A DNA stretch of 64,000 bases from Octopus vulgaris (taxonomy: Eukaryota): contig OX597815.1 of the NCBI GenBank assembly GCA_951406725.2, forward strand, positions 142,910,001-142,974,000, in the 5' to 3' direction. The notes beneath the pieces were generated by a model, which had not been told where the DNA came from, did no database searches, and was given only the letters and a program-made list of their open reading frames with translations. The translations under genes were made by a program, and so were the position numbers. How positions within the stretch are numbered: the stretch's first letter is position 1; every line of letters starts with the position of its first letter. Shown piece after piece: positions 1 to 11,783 of the stretch.

Positions 1-651
1 AAAAAGAAGTAAATAATGAAATCAAAAGGTCTTCGATTAATTATGGACGTACGTTTGTGGATTAGAATCATAAGATTCATCTCCTTCATCGACATAATAT
101 CTCGATAAATAAATCTAGAAATGCTAAGAAAACTTACCCCTTATATTTCTGACTAAAATTTCTAAATTTTTGGTATGTGGTCAAGTAACTTGTTGCAAAA
201 GCCTTATTGTTATAATTATATATAAAAAAAACTTTTTGTATAAGTATGGTGCCTCAATTTATGTACCTAATTCAACGGAATCTTAATTATATTAAGAATT
301 ACAGCGTGGAAGGGGTTTATAAGCCATTTAAAAACACAAAAACCGTTAGATTCACTTCAACGTTTAAATTTAATTTGTCAAAATACTTTCGTGACTTCGA
401 AACACAGACCTGTTCACTGACAAAATTCCGTGCTGCATCTGGGAAAGTAACAATTAGTTCAGAATGTATGCATGTATGTATATAGTCACAGGAGTGGCTG
501 TGTAGTAAGAAGCTTCTTTCCCAACAACATGGTTCCGGGTTAAGTCCCACTGCGTGGCACCTTTAGCAACTGCCATCTACTATAGCGGCGGGCCAACCAA
601 ACCCTTGTGAGTGGATTTCGTAGACGGAAACTGAAAGAAGCCCATCGTGCG

Positions 652-682
<31 letters not shown>

Positions 683-683
<1 letters not shown>

Positions 684-1154
684 ACGGGAAGCTTTATGAA
701 AATAAACAAAAGACGAAGGCAGGTGGAAAACAAACGAACAATTGTATTAGTATGGCGCTCAGGAAATATAAATAAAACAAGTCTTTAACGTTTCGAGCCT
801 ACGCTCTTCAACAGAAAGATACACAGAGAGAAAAACACAGAAAGAAGGAGAGAAAAAAATGCGTGCAGTAGCTAACGAATCAACATGGCGATCTGATTTC
901 GGCCAGAGGTCAAAGATCAAACATGAGACGCGAGAGCGAAATAAGGGGAGATAATAGGGTTGATAAATGGGTTGAGGGACCAGCTAAAAGTGCGTGGGAG
1001 GGGTCTGGATGTGTGTATGTATAGGATTGGTGTATGTATTAGTATGTATAATGGTGTGTGTGTGTGTGTGTGTGTGTATGAGAGAGTATTAGTGCGTAAG
1101 ATTGGTCTGGACGTGCGTATGTATGGGGTTGGTGTATGTATTAGTATGTATTAG

Positions 1155-1160
<6 letters not shown>
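683..1160 (-). mobile_element. PLE-derived pseudo-LTR element (family A) inserted in (TA)n
   Basis: Flanked by (TA)n and carries an HHR-like motif at 782-819. Segment 683-786 recurs nearly identically (reverse complement) at 55584-55686 and in diverged form at 7237-7330. Confidence 0.65.
782..819 (-). ncRNA. Minimal type-I hammerhead-like motif (A6U core variant)
   Basis: Minus strand reads UCUUU CUGUUGA A GAGC-GUAG-GCUC GAA AC GU U AAAGA: 5-bp stem I, 4-bp stem II, palindromic ACGU stem III. Confidence 0.6.
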
Positions 1161-1193
<33 letters not shown>

Positions 1194-1495
1194 GTGTGTC
1201 TGTTTATTACCCCACCATCGCTTGAAACCGATGTTGGTGGGTTTACGTCCACGTAACTTAGCAGTTTGGCAAAAGAGACTGATAGAATAAGCACTAGGCT
1301 TACAAAGAATAAGTCCTGGGGTCGATTTGTTCGACAAAAGGCGGAGCTCCAGCATGGCTACAGTCAAATGACTGAAACAAGTAAAAGAATATATATATAT
1401 ATTATTCATATATGCATGAAGAGAGAGGGGCAATTGAGAAAGCTGTATATGTATATATCTACATATATGCGTATATATACTTATATGTATATATT

Positions 1496-1646
<151 letters not shown>

Positions 1647-2037
1647 TTCCATTTAATGTTATTGTTAGTTCATACATTATATTATATTTTCAATATGTTA
1701 TGAATAATTTGCCTGGAAAAAGTTCAAGCTGAAATATTATTACTCAAATACAATTACAAATATACGCGTGAAAAATATCATATGCGTATTTTTCTCAGTT
1801 TGAAAGTTGAGATGATAACCAATCCCTAACCTGAGGATATTTCAACAGCTCTGTATCTAGGAACCATATCTTCTTGATATCATACATCGTAATTCTACAA
1901 CTATACCATCCTGATAAATTATCATGTACGAATGACTATAATACGTATTATCTCCATCTCATCGGACGTGGTAAGCTTAACAGGACAACGAGTACATTAT
2001 TTATCCTAACTACTTCTTCACATACAGATAACACATA

Positions 2038-2098
<61 letters not shown>

Positions 2099-3278
2099 TC
2101 ACAAACTTATTGAACTAAACGCATATGCATATGTGCGTGCGTGCGTGCGTGTGTGTGTGTACGCGCGCGCGCAGTGTGTGTGTGTGTGTGTGTGCTGATG
2201 GGGAAAATATAGACTGATACAGACATGTAAATGTATACTCATCCACATATATTGTTTATGTTATAAGAATTTAGAAAATTCGCGAGAAAGTAAGATATTT
2301 CGTCGAAAGTTGGCGTCGTTTTCAAGCAGCATTCGAAAATATGAAATACACATTTAAAGATTCGTTGAGATTTGAGATATGAGGAGCTAAATAATTGTTT
2401 GTGAAGAAGGCTATTAGTCTACTGCTATGTAAAATGAGAAATCAGCGGGGCTAAATATGACAATAAAGGTTAATGAGAGGTTAAAGAAGGGGTATCGAAT
2501 TATCGAGTTATCGAAAATCAACTAATGGATGCTAAAAGTTTCGCAATCCAATTTATTCTAGGAGGTAATATCTAATAATCCTGTGGATTGAGATTCGTTT
2601 GTAATCAATGATTATTAATTTATAAACTCATCTGTTAGAAAATGCCTTATAAATGTGCGTATGAATGTGCAAGCGTGTATGTATTGGAATTCCTATGAGT
2701 TTTATATGAAGTGAGGGTTAGACACCCGCTACCGAAAAGCTCTAGTGATTTTCAATAATTTGCAGGTTGCTGAGTTATTTATTATTCCGCAGATTTAAAT
2801 TGCAATTGTAGCATAGATCTCTAAAATATAAGAAATATATAGCAGCTTATCTCGCTACTAATTACATCATTAATGGCTATTATTACCTTAAACATAATTA
2901 TCAATTCACTAGTATTTTACTCTGACTTTGCGTTTAAGGATTCAATTACCGAACGAGCGTATAGGTTCACCTGGTGGCAATTAACAGTTTAGTTAAACAC
3001 AAAGTAAAATATTATATATGTGCTATATGTACTGTATAGACAATGGTTAAAAATCTATTGAAGGGTTTGTAATATATTGTATACGGCTTCACAGATATTT
3101 AGCCCTTTTATAAGTGTGAGAGTAAACTTGAGAGATTTATTTATTCAGGCTAATGACACACTTGAATAAAATATGGGAGGCTAGCAGGTTTATAGATCTG
3201 TTAACATGAAGGCAGTTGTTTAGAGCCTTCGTTATATGCCCATACATGCTTGAATGTGTAGATTTATTAATAATTCAC

Positions 3279-3374
<96 letters not shown>

Positions 3375-3382
3375 ATAGTAGT
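3279..3382. repeat. (GTA)n/(GCA)n microsatellite
   Basis: Read directly; it is the source of the poly-V/poly-Y ORFs. Confidence 0.95.
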
Positions 3383-3479
3383 ATGTTGGCGGCGTTTGCT
3401 TGTCCCCGAATGTAAATGCGTACCTAATTTTATACTGACAATATTTCATACTATGCTGATTACTTTATTCATTAAATAA

Positions 3480-4200
3480 GAGAATAGTGTTACATTGTAA
3501 ATAATACTGTAACCAGGAAAGTGCTGTACAAAGATTTGTTGCTGGCCGTAGTTTCCAGTTGTCTTCAATTTATTAAGTTGCTTCTGAACTCCATATTTAA
3601 TAATGTAATTGGTTTGGGATACTTTCGGTTTGGTTGCAGATTATGGCTTGGGTTGTATGTTAAACAGAATTAGACAGGAGAGGAATATCACAAAGACTCG
3701 GATATACACAGCTGACATAGATTGTGGTACTGAAATAGGATTTAGCAAAAGGAAATATTCCCCAGTTAAAGGCGTTACTAGAGTACTAGAGTAACCAAAC
3801 ATAATCCGTTATAAGAGATCAGATTTTCAGTTGCAAAACTGTGAAGAATGATTGTGCTTGCTAAACCTGTTTTCAATTAAGTTAGCATTATAGAACATAT
3901 TATAGAATATGTTTGTATAGTTAGTGTTGGGATTGATACGATATATTTAGCCCTACAGTTCTTGCAAGTGAACGAGAGATAATTTTTATACTGCTACGAT
4001 TATTGGGGACGGTAGGCTTCAGGTTTTGAGGCTGATTTCTTATATTGAAATGATTATTCGTAGTTAATATCCCTTCGGATTTGTGGGGGAGAAATAAAGA
4101 TTGTATTTGAGGACAGCGTGGCAGTTGCGATTGGGCGGAAAGAGAATTATTATTGTTTAAATAAGCGTGTAGATATCTGTATATTAAAAAGCAACCTAAA
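3480..4200 (-). pseudogene. Highly degraded PLE GIY-YIG endonuclease region
   Basis: Minus-strand peptides in the expected order: KNCRAKYIVS, ENRFSKHNHSS (KxRxxxHxxSF-like), NLCQLCISES (CxLCxxEK-like), LLN. Many stops. Confidence 0.4.
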
Positions 4201-4698
4201 ACACTCGATGTATTTAATGCTCTAATCTACATTTATGCTTCTGTTGTATTCCCCTATGCTGTTCTCTCTAGAGATATGTGTGTATATATGTGTGTGTGTG
4301 TGTGTGTGTACACACTTATATATATATTCAAGTAATCCGTAATAAATATAAAAAACAACTTTCAGGGACAACAGTGATTTATTCACAGAAGCTTTTCATA
4401 TCGAAGTACGATAAACAGGAAAATGCTCTTTTTTATATATCACGGTAGGCGACCAGGTTTGCCGGGTATGTGAATAAAAATACAAGCGTTAAGGAATGGA
4501 GTAGATAAGATCCGGGCTACATGTGTTTCATAACCAACGGAACCTCAGTAAGTGGTAAATATCCAAGTGTGGTGTACATCAGCGTCTACTCTTCAGATCA
4601 AGGGTATCTTGGATTAAATGAGAGTTTACATTGTGGCACAAAGGTACATGTTAACACATGGAATATTTGATCAGAATATATATACTCTTTATATAAAG

Positions 4699-4745
4699 CT
4701 GTAGTGAGATGGCTAAACTGTGTACCGTAAGCCATCTCACTACAG
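4699..4745. repeat. Perfect 16-bp inverted repeat
   Basis: ctgtagtgagatggct (4699-4714) pairs with agccatctcactacag (4730-4745). Confidence 0.9.
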
Positions 4746-4993
4746 TTGTAAATAGTAAAACATAACTGTCACCACTGCTACATGAACCTGAAGATTGCAT
4801 AGTGTAATGCATGAAAATTCTAGAACGGACATTTAATATTCTATCATTTCATTATATTATACTATATTATATCATATTATATTATATTATATATTATATT
4901 ATATTACATTATTATAAGGTTGTAAATAAAACGTGAACATCAAACTTGGAATTTCTTTAAGTAATATATTCTATACACAATCATACACACTCG

Positions 4994-5071
<78 letters not shown>

Positions 5072-5100
5072 CGTGTATAATGACGCCAGAGTAAGTAATG

Positions 5101-5307
5101 ACCATTTAAATTTATTTAGTATATATGTTTCAGATCCTTGCGCAATGGATAAGAGGCAATTCATCCCTTACGCAAGATCTTCCTCACTTAAGACATTTTC
5201 ATTTTGAAACGTCTTAAAAGATGAAGATCACGCATAAGAAATTAATATCCTTTTATCTATTGCGCAATAGTCTGAAAGGTACATAATAAATGCATTCAAA
5301 ATATGGT
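5101..5307. mobile_element. Imperfect ~200-bp foldback, MITE-like
   Basis: Nested pairs around a centre near 5200: accat/atggt, ttcaga/tctgaa, ttgcgcaatggataa/ttatctattgcgcaa, gatcttc/gaagatc, ttaagac/gtcttaa. Confidence 0.6.
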
Positions 5308-5820
5308 TTGACTTAATTAATTTACATTATACTACTCCATTCCAAAACAAGCTCACCAACCCGAACTTTTTCTGCACGGTTACTATAAGAAGTATATCGA
5401 ACACAATTCCTCATTCCACGTCGCTCTGCAATCTTTTTCGAGATTTCACGACAATGACGATATGATGGAGGGCGTGAGCTTAGGTGAAGACAAACATTTG
5501 ATCGCCATAAACAATGCATCTATGTCGTTGTTCAACAAGAAATTACGGAACGCTCATCAGTCACTTAACGATGGGATAGTCTATAATGTGTGCATGCGTG
5601 TATATCTATTAATCTATTTATCTATCGGTATATATATTTGCTTCAATTTGGATTATTATTCGCATTCATGGGCAACTCTAGTTGGTAACCATGAGCTATA
5701 CAGAAATCTTCAGCTTATCGACTTTCCTCGTAACTTCGATATGGGAAAAGTGTATAACCTTCGACGCAAATACATTGCTTTTTTTCCACACCATACACGA
5801 TCCACTTTTCGTTTTTTATA

Positions 5821-5979
5821 CATGCCACAGACTGCTTCTGTTTTACGATGTTGTCCAAGGGAAAGGCAAGGGCCGATACAGCTTGGCACCTGTGACGTCG
5901 CATCTCATTTCTACAGCTGAGTGGACTGGAGCAACGTGAAATAAAGTGTCTTGCTCAAGAACACAACACGCAGCCCGGT
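5821..5979 (-). mobile_element. SINE fragment
   Basis: Reverse complement gttgtgttcttgagcaagacactttatttcacgttgctccagtccactcagctg is typical of the segment after the tRNA head in metazoan SINEs. Confidence 0.6.
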
Positions 5980-6922
5980 CTCAATAAGAGAATCAAATGC
6001 AAACACGTCACCTTGACGAAGAACTTCATCAAAAGTTTCAAGTTATATTAACTTACCTTAAAATCTCTTTTTATATCGCCTCGTCTAATTTTGCTTAATT
6101 CTTGCATAGTACCCCCTTTCATCACTTCCTTTCTGTTATACATACACAAATACATACACTAATATACATACACAGATATACATAGTCATAGACAAATATT
6201 CACGCACATACATTCACTTGACCTCTCCTTGTGTTTCTGCTTTTGATTCATTTCTTCACAAATCTACTTTGCTTGAAATCATTTAATATTTACTGGCGCA
6301 GCAAAATCCTTTGTTTAAACGAAGTCTCTTCTCAACCTCTCTCCATCTATCTCTCTTAAGGCTGTTGACAAGAAGTGACAAATACATTAATTGGCATCAA
6401 AGGGAGAAAATTATAACGTGAATGCTGCACTGCGTCTCCTAGCAGCTACTGATCTCTAATTTTTTTTTCTTACAAAACTCGCCATCTATCGATGAGAAAT
6501 CAACTTTAGATTATTGCGTTTTTCACACCATCAAAGTAATTCCAATTCCAGGACGCCATATATATTGATGTATTTATAACAAAATGCTGGAGGACATGAT
6601 CAGTAGCATTTTGTTTTTCATATTTCTTTTTTTGTTGTTCCCTACAAGACAGTAAAGTCTATAGTAGTTGCTTAGATATATTATCCTCTTTACTGCAATA
6701 AAAAGTTATTTGAAGAAGTTTTAAAATGTAAAGAAAGGAAAACTGTATAGTTGGTGATAGATTAAATATTCGATTCTATAATTCTGTATTTATAGATAAA
6801 ACGATATCCAAAACTTTAGCTGCACGAACTGATAAAACATATTTCAAGATTATATTATTCACACACTTAGACGCCCGTGCATACAAACACACGCAAACAC
6901 ACACACGCACATACACACGCAT

Positions 6923-6993
<71 letters not shown>

Positions 6994-7044
6994 TATGTAT
7001 GCATATGCACATATCAATATACATATATATATAGGGAGAGAGAG

Positions 7045-7096
<52 letters not shown>

Positions 7097-7151
7097 TTAT
7101 ATATATATATATATATATATGTAAATCTATTTACCTTTTCTCTCTCTCTCT

Positions 7152-7201
<50 letters not shown>

Positions 7202-7236
7202 TTATATATATATGATTTATATATATATGTATATAT

Positions 7237-7330
7237 AGGGAGAGTTTACGAAAAAACAAAAGACGAAGACAGGTGGTGTACAAAACAAACAGATGTATTA
7301 GTATAACGCTCAGGAACAGAAAGAGTCTTT
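7237..7330 (-). mobile_element. ~95-nt mini-element of family A in (TA)n
   Basis: Homologous to 683-786 (aacaaaagacgaagrcaggtgg, tgtattagtat, cgctcaggaa, agtcttt). TA tracts on both sides. Confidence 0.75.
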
Positions 7331-7359
7331 GTATATATATATATGTGTGTATGTATATA

Positions 7360-7397
<38 letters not shown>

Positions 7398-7927
7398 AAT
7401 TCACTCCCTCTATTTTTCTCGTCAATCGCTTTCTCGGTTTGTCTTTGTTTCGTCCCCCTACTCCTTTCTGATCATTTATTCTCTTGTTTCTTCATTGGCG
7501 TACTTATTTACTTCCATTGTTTCTGGGTTTTTTTTTCAACTTTACATATTTTTTTCAGTCCTCTATTTCTATTATATATCGTCATGTATTATTTGTTTAT
7601 TTATCTCCTCCTTAACTGATAGACTTGTGTGTTAATCATACCCATATACACAATCAAATGCATATACATACAAACATATATAGCTTTGTATGTGCAATTT
7701 TTTTCTGTTTGTGTGATGTGTGCATATATATGTGTGTGTATCTGTGGTTATTCTTGAAAGCCCTACTTGTGAAGATTAAAACAGTGCAAAATCGTCCTAT
7801 TGTTTTCTTAGCTGCGCAGAAAAATAATTGTGACTCACTTGACTTGTTCTGTTTCATCAAAGGTGCTCCACTATTTTTTAATCTAATTCTAAATACCTTT
7901 CTCCCCGCCTCTCTCACTCACTCACTC

Positions 7928-7963
<36 letters not shown>

Positions 7964-8014
7964 CCTCTCTCTTTCTCTCTCCCTCTCTCTGAATATGAAT
8001 AAATAAATATATGC

Positions 8015-8073
<59 letters not shown>

Positions 8074-8778
8074 CAAAGCTAATGGACACAAAATACGATC
8101 TTTGCTAGAAATAGCAGCCGGTAAGCTATGTAGAGTTTCACTGAATGTTTACAGACAGAGATGTTTGAGGGTAGTGAATATAGGAATATTCTGCCTTACC
8201 TCCACAGAGAAGTATTAATGATCTACTAGTTTTGTGGCAGTATCTTCATAGGCTTTTATGTAAAGGTATTTATTGAAACTATCCTTTTCTGTGGTCACCT
8301 CTTGCCTTTTCTAACATTTACATAAAAATGACATCAGAGATATTTTATGAAGAGAAATTTATGTGAAAAGTTTATGTTTTTTATCACTCAATTATAAGAA
8401 CTTCTGAAATAGGTTCATCCTAAAATGTATACCGCACTCCAAATACTTGCTACCATCACCGTCTTGAAATGTATTATTGTCTCCCTAAAACATTAATCTA
8501 AATTTCTCAATGTCCGAAAGTAGAGTTATTAGCTGTCACTCACTAACAACCTATAGAAACTTCATTCAATCTTCATTGACAGCGAGTCAATCAACCGGAA
8601 ATCTCATTAGAAAATCATATCTCTTCTTTATCAATTTTTATTTTATTTGACGTATAAAATATCGGATATTTGTATGTAATGACTTTGTCACTGCACTCGG
8701 ACAATGAATCATAGCGTCCATTGAAATATACAACACATGATGAGAATCGAAACCATTACTATAAGTTTGTTTGCTGAA

Positions 8779-8809
<31 letters not shown>

Positions 8810-9030
8810 TTGTAATATATCGTACTGAGTCACTCGTAAACTATTAGCGTATCTTTTAGTCCCTCCAATGATTTTCGCTTACTGAGTTATTTTCCAATTA
8901 ACACTTGGTATATTCAAAACTGAACTATACGCTCTCTTGTTTGTAATTCTTTGATCCTTCTTCCGTGATGATATTACACTCTGTTATGCGACTGTACTTT
9001 TGTAAGTAGATCTTTCGTGTATATTTGTAT

Positions 9031-9292
<262 letters not shown>

Positions 9293-10159
9293 CACAGACA
9301 CATTATATTGGGAAAATACACTGAATGTATGGAGAGAGAACAAACATAACATTTTTTTTTGTCCAGGAGGACCAATTTCACATCACAGCGAAGTTAAATA
9401 TTTGTACAAAGTTATAACCTGATGCAAATTTCATAGTATTGACGACACGTTGTTTAGTACATTAATAATTAAATATATATTCTGTTCCTACTTCTACGCA
9501 CCCAAATTTGTCTCCAGCGTTTATCACTTTCGTCAATGCATACATATATACATTTCTTATTACTTTACAACTACATTGATCCTTCATTCTAATGTCATTA
9601 TTTCACTTCGTTCTCCTTTTCATCTAAGCTAGTGACATTAGTTCTCTAACACCAATATTTTATCACATTTCGATACACTTCTCAGCTCTGCATGCAACCT
9701 TCTTACACATTTCTAATTTCACCTCTATCAAAGGACGCGAGACGTGTTACATTCTACTTCTTATAACTGTAAAACCCAAAAGGAGAGCCACAAATATTGC
9801 CAGCCAAATACTAACCTATTCTCTTCAATATATCATGCCTGAATAAATGAAGGCATGATTAACGCTGGAATATCTTTTATCATAGGTCTACTGGGTCAAA
9901 GAATAACTAGATCAACACTTCAGTTATTTGTCATGGGAATTATTCTGATATGTTTTCATAATAGCTCTACCATCAGAATAAATATTATGCTGGCAATTTT
10001 AACTCTTTATTTATTTTAACTCTTTATTCATTTATTTATTTATTTATATACTTATTTATTTTTCGTTTTTGGATTTGGTTTGCAAGATTATTTATATGAG
10101 TTCGTGTGTTGAAGCATATTCTGTTGTGTCTGTTGAGTCATTTTCTTTTTATATTATAA

Positions 10160-10555
10160 CTAGCAGTATCGCCCGGCGGTGCTCGGGTTTGTAAGGGAAA
10201 TAACTATATAAGCATTTTTAGAGATGTAAAGTATAATAGCCATCTCAATATGGCTAACCACAAAGGTGGGGGATGTTACAGTGGCTTTTTACGTTCTGAG
10301 ATTTAATAATAAATTTTTAGAGAGTTACTTCCCTTATATATGCTAAAAATGCATTAAAAATGGGAAAAATTGATAGTAATTTTTTTTAAATCGTAGACTC
10401 ATCGTAGACGCGCGCTAATACCCAGAATGGCTCGATATGAATCACGACTATAAGATACCCGGTTTTGGTTAAACTGCACCGCAAAATGTGGGAGTAGTTA
10501 GGAATCTAAATCGTAGGAGACAGACAGCACACAACCTCACTTTTATATATAAAGA
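10160..10555 (-). mobile_element. Non-autonomous Helitron
   Basis: On the minus strand it starts TC and ends CTAG, with GC-rich hairpin cccgagcaccgccggg near the 3' end. It sits between A10159 and T10556 with no TSD. Its removal restores tataatataacacactcacc, as in the uninterrupted copy at ~11817-11838. Confidence 0.9.
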
Positions 10556-10792
10556 TATAACACACTCACCGGTAAATTTCCACTTTTTTCTTATTTGTAT
10601 TTTCCTAAAATTTTCCTTGCATCTTGCAACCTTTTCAATAGTTTTGACTCTGTCCGTTATTTACACTGCGTTCCTTTTTGTTTGTTTGTACGCATATGTG
10701 TGGGTCAGTGTGTGTGTGTGTGTGTCTATACATGCATACATGTACGTTGTGTGTGTTTGCATGTGTATGTATGTATATATGTGTGTGTATGC

Positions 10793-10823
<31 letters not shown>

Positions 10824-11269
10824 TGTGTGTGCATCTGTATGTACGTATCCTGCATATTTATGTGCTTGCCTGTCCGTGTTTGTGTATTTTCTATGTATGT
10901 GTGTGTGAGCATGTGTTTGTATATGTATGCAGGTCTGCGTCCTTGTGTGTGCATGTCTGTCTGTGTGTGTGTTATGCAACAATGTACCATGTTTGTATGT
11001 ATGGATGTGCATCTTTATATGTGTGAATCCGTGTCTCCATATGTGTCTTTTCTTATAGCCTATGTACCTATCCGTCTGTATGTTGAATCTGTTTATTTTC
11101 ATGCTTACATACATAATAAAAATAATAATAATAATTTTTTTTAAAGGTGGGGGGGGGTCATACACACACACTCACGTCCACACACACTTACATACATTTA
11201 TCTACCTAACAGTCCACTAACTATTCTCCTCTACCTGTGTAAACTGTGGGTATGGAGGTATGGTAGTTA

Positions 11270-11521
11270 CTATGTATATTTCCTATTTAGTATTGGGGAG
11301 ATTTCATTTATAAGGACGTACTCCCGTATTTGTCTGAGTGTTGGGTCTTTTGGGTGCTTGGATAAGATGCGGATGTCAAGTTGACCCAAGTTACCTCCAT
11401 GGTGGTCTTTGGTATGTTGGTAGAGTATGGAGGACTGTTTTCTGACGTCATATTGTTTTAGATGTTCATTTATTTGTTCCGCAATGCTCCTAGACGTTTC
11501 CTCTATGTACGTCATGTTCAC
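11270..11521 (-). pseudogene. Penelope GIY-YIG endonuclease C-terminal fragment
   Basis: YIEETSRS...INEH...SILYQH...H...IRIL...RQIREYVLI...PILN matches the PLE pattern YIGET..R..EH..H..H..R.I.E...I..P.LN. Confidence 0.8.
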
Positions 11522-11746
11522 CTTCTCTGCATCTTATGCTGTAAACTACATTTCGAGTTCAACAGTTAATAGCAGGGCTAATCCTACATACCATACAGTT
11601 ATCATTGGTGCATATGGTATTCTTAAAGGGGTATATCCAACATAGTTGTGATCTGTGTGCCTATACAAGCATGCATGTATAGGCACACACACATGCGCAC
11701 AAACAAACAAAAGGGAACGCAGTGTAAAAAGCGGACAGAGTCAAAA

Positions 11747-11783
11747 CTATTGAAAAGGTTGGAAGACGGAACGAAAATTTTAG
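11747..11783 (+). ncRNA. Hammerhead-like motif with U3-A8 core (second copy 10605-10641, minus)
   Basis: CUA UUGAAAA G GUU(G/g)..(c)AAC GAA AA UU U UAG. The consensus of the two copies gives stem II guugc/gcaac; stem III is palindromic AAUU. Confidence 0.4.

Larger units (their letters stand above)
485..1390 (+). mobile_element. tRNA-derived SINE split by an insertion in its internal (TA)n
   Basis: The head at 485-655 has A-box-like TGGCTGTGTAGT and B-box-like GGTTAAGTCCC. The 3' half (~1190-1390, ending ...aatgactgaaacaagtaaaagaata) recurs at ~33092-33305 and ~48905-49076. Confidence 0.8.

Noticed and set aside
485-560. tRNA gene
   Set aside because: The A/B boxes belong to a SINE head; there is no cloverleaf.
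2280-2900. Another PLE remnant with a UUGAAAA motif on the minus strand
   Set aside because: The similarity is too weak to support by eye.
10488-11171. Long overlapping ORFs up to 218 aa, and all [16 protein letters not shown]/poly-L/poly-I ORFs elsewhere
   Set aside because: They are translations of stop-poor microsatellites, not proteins.
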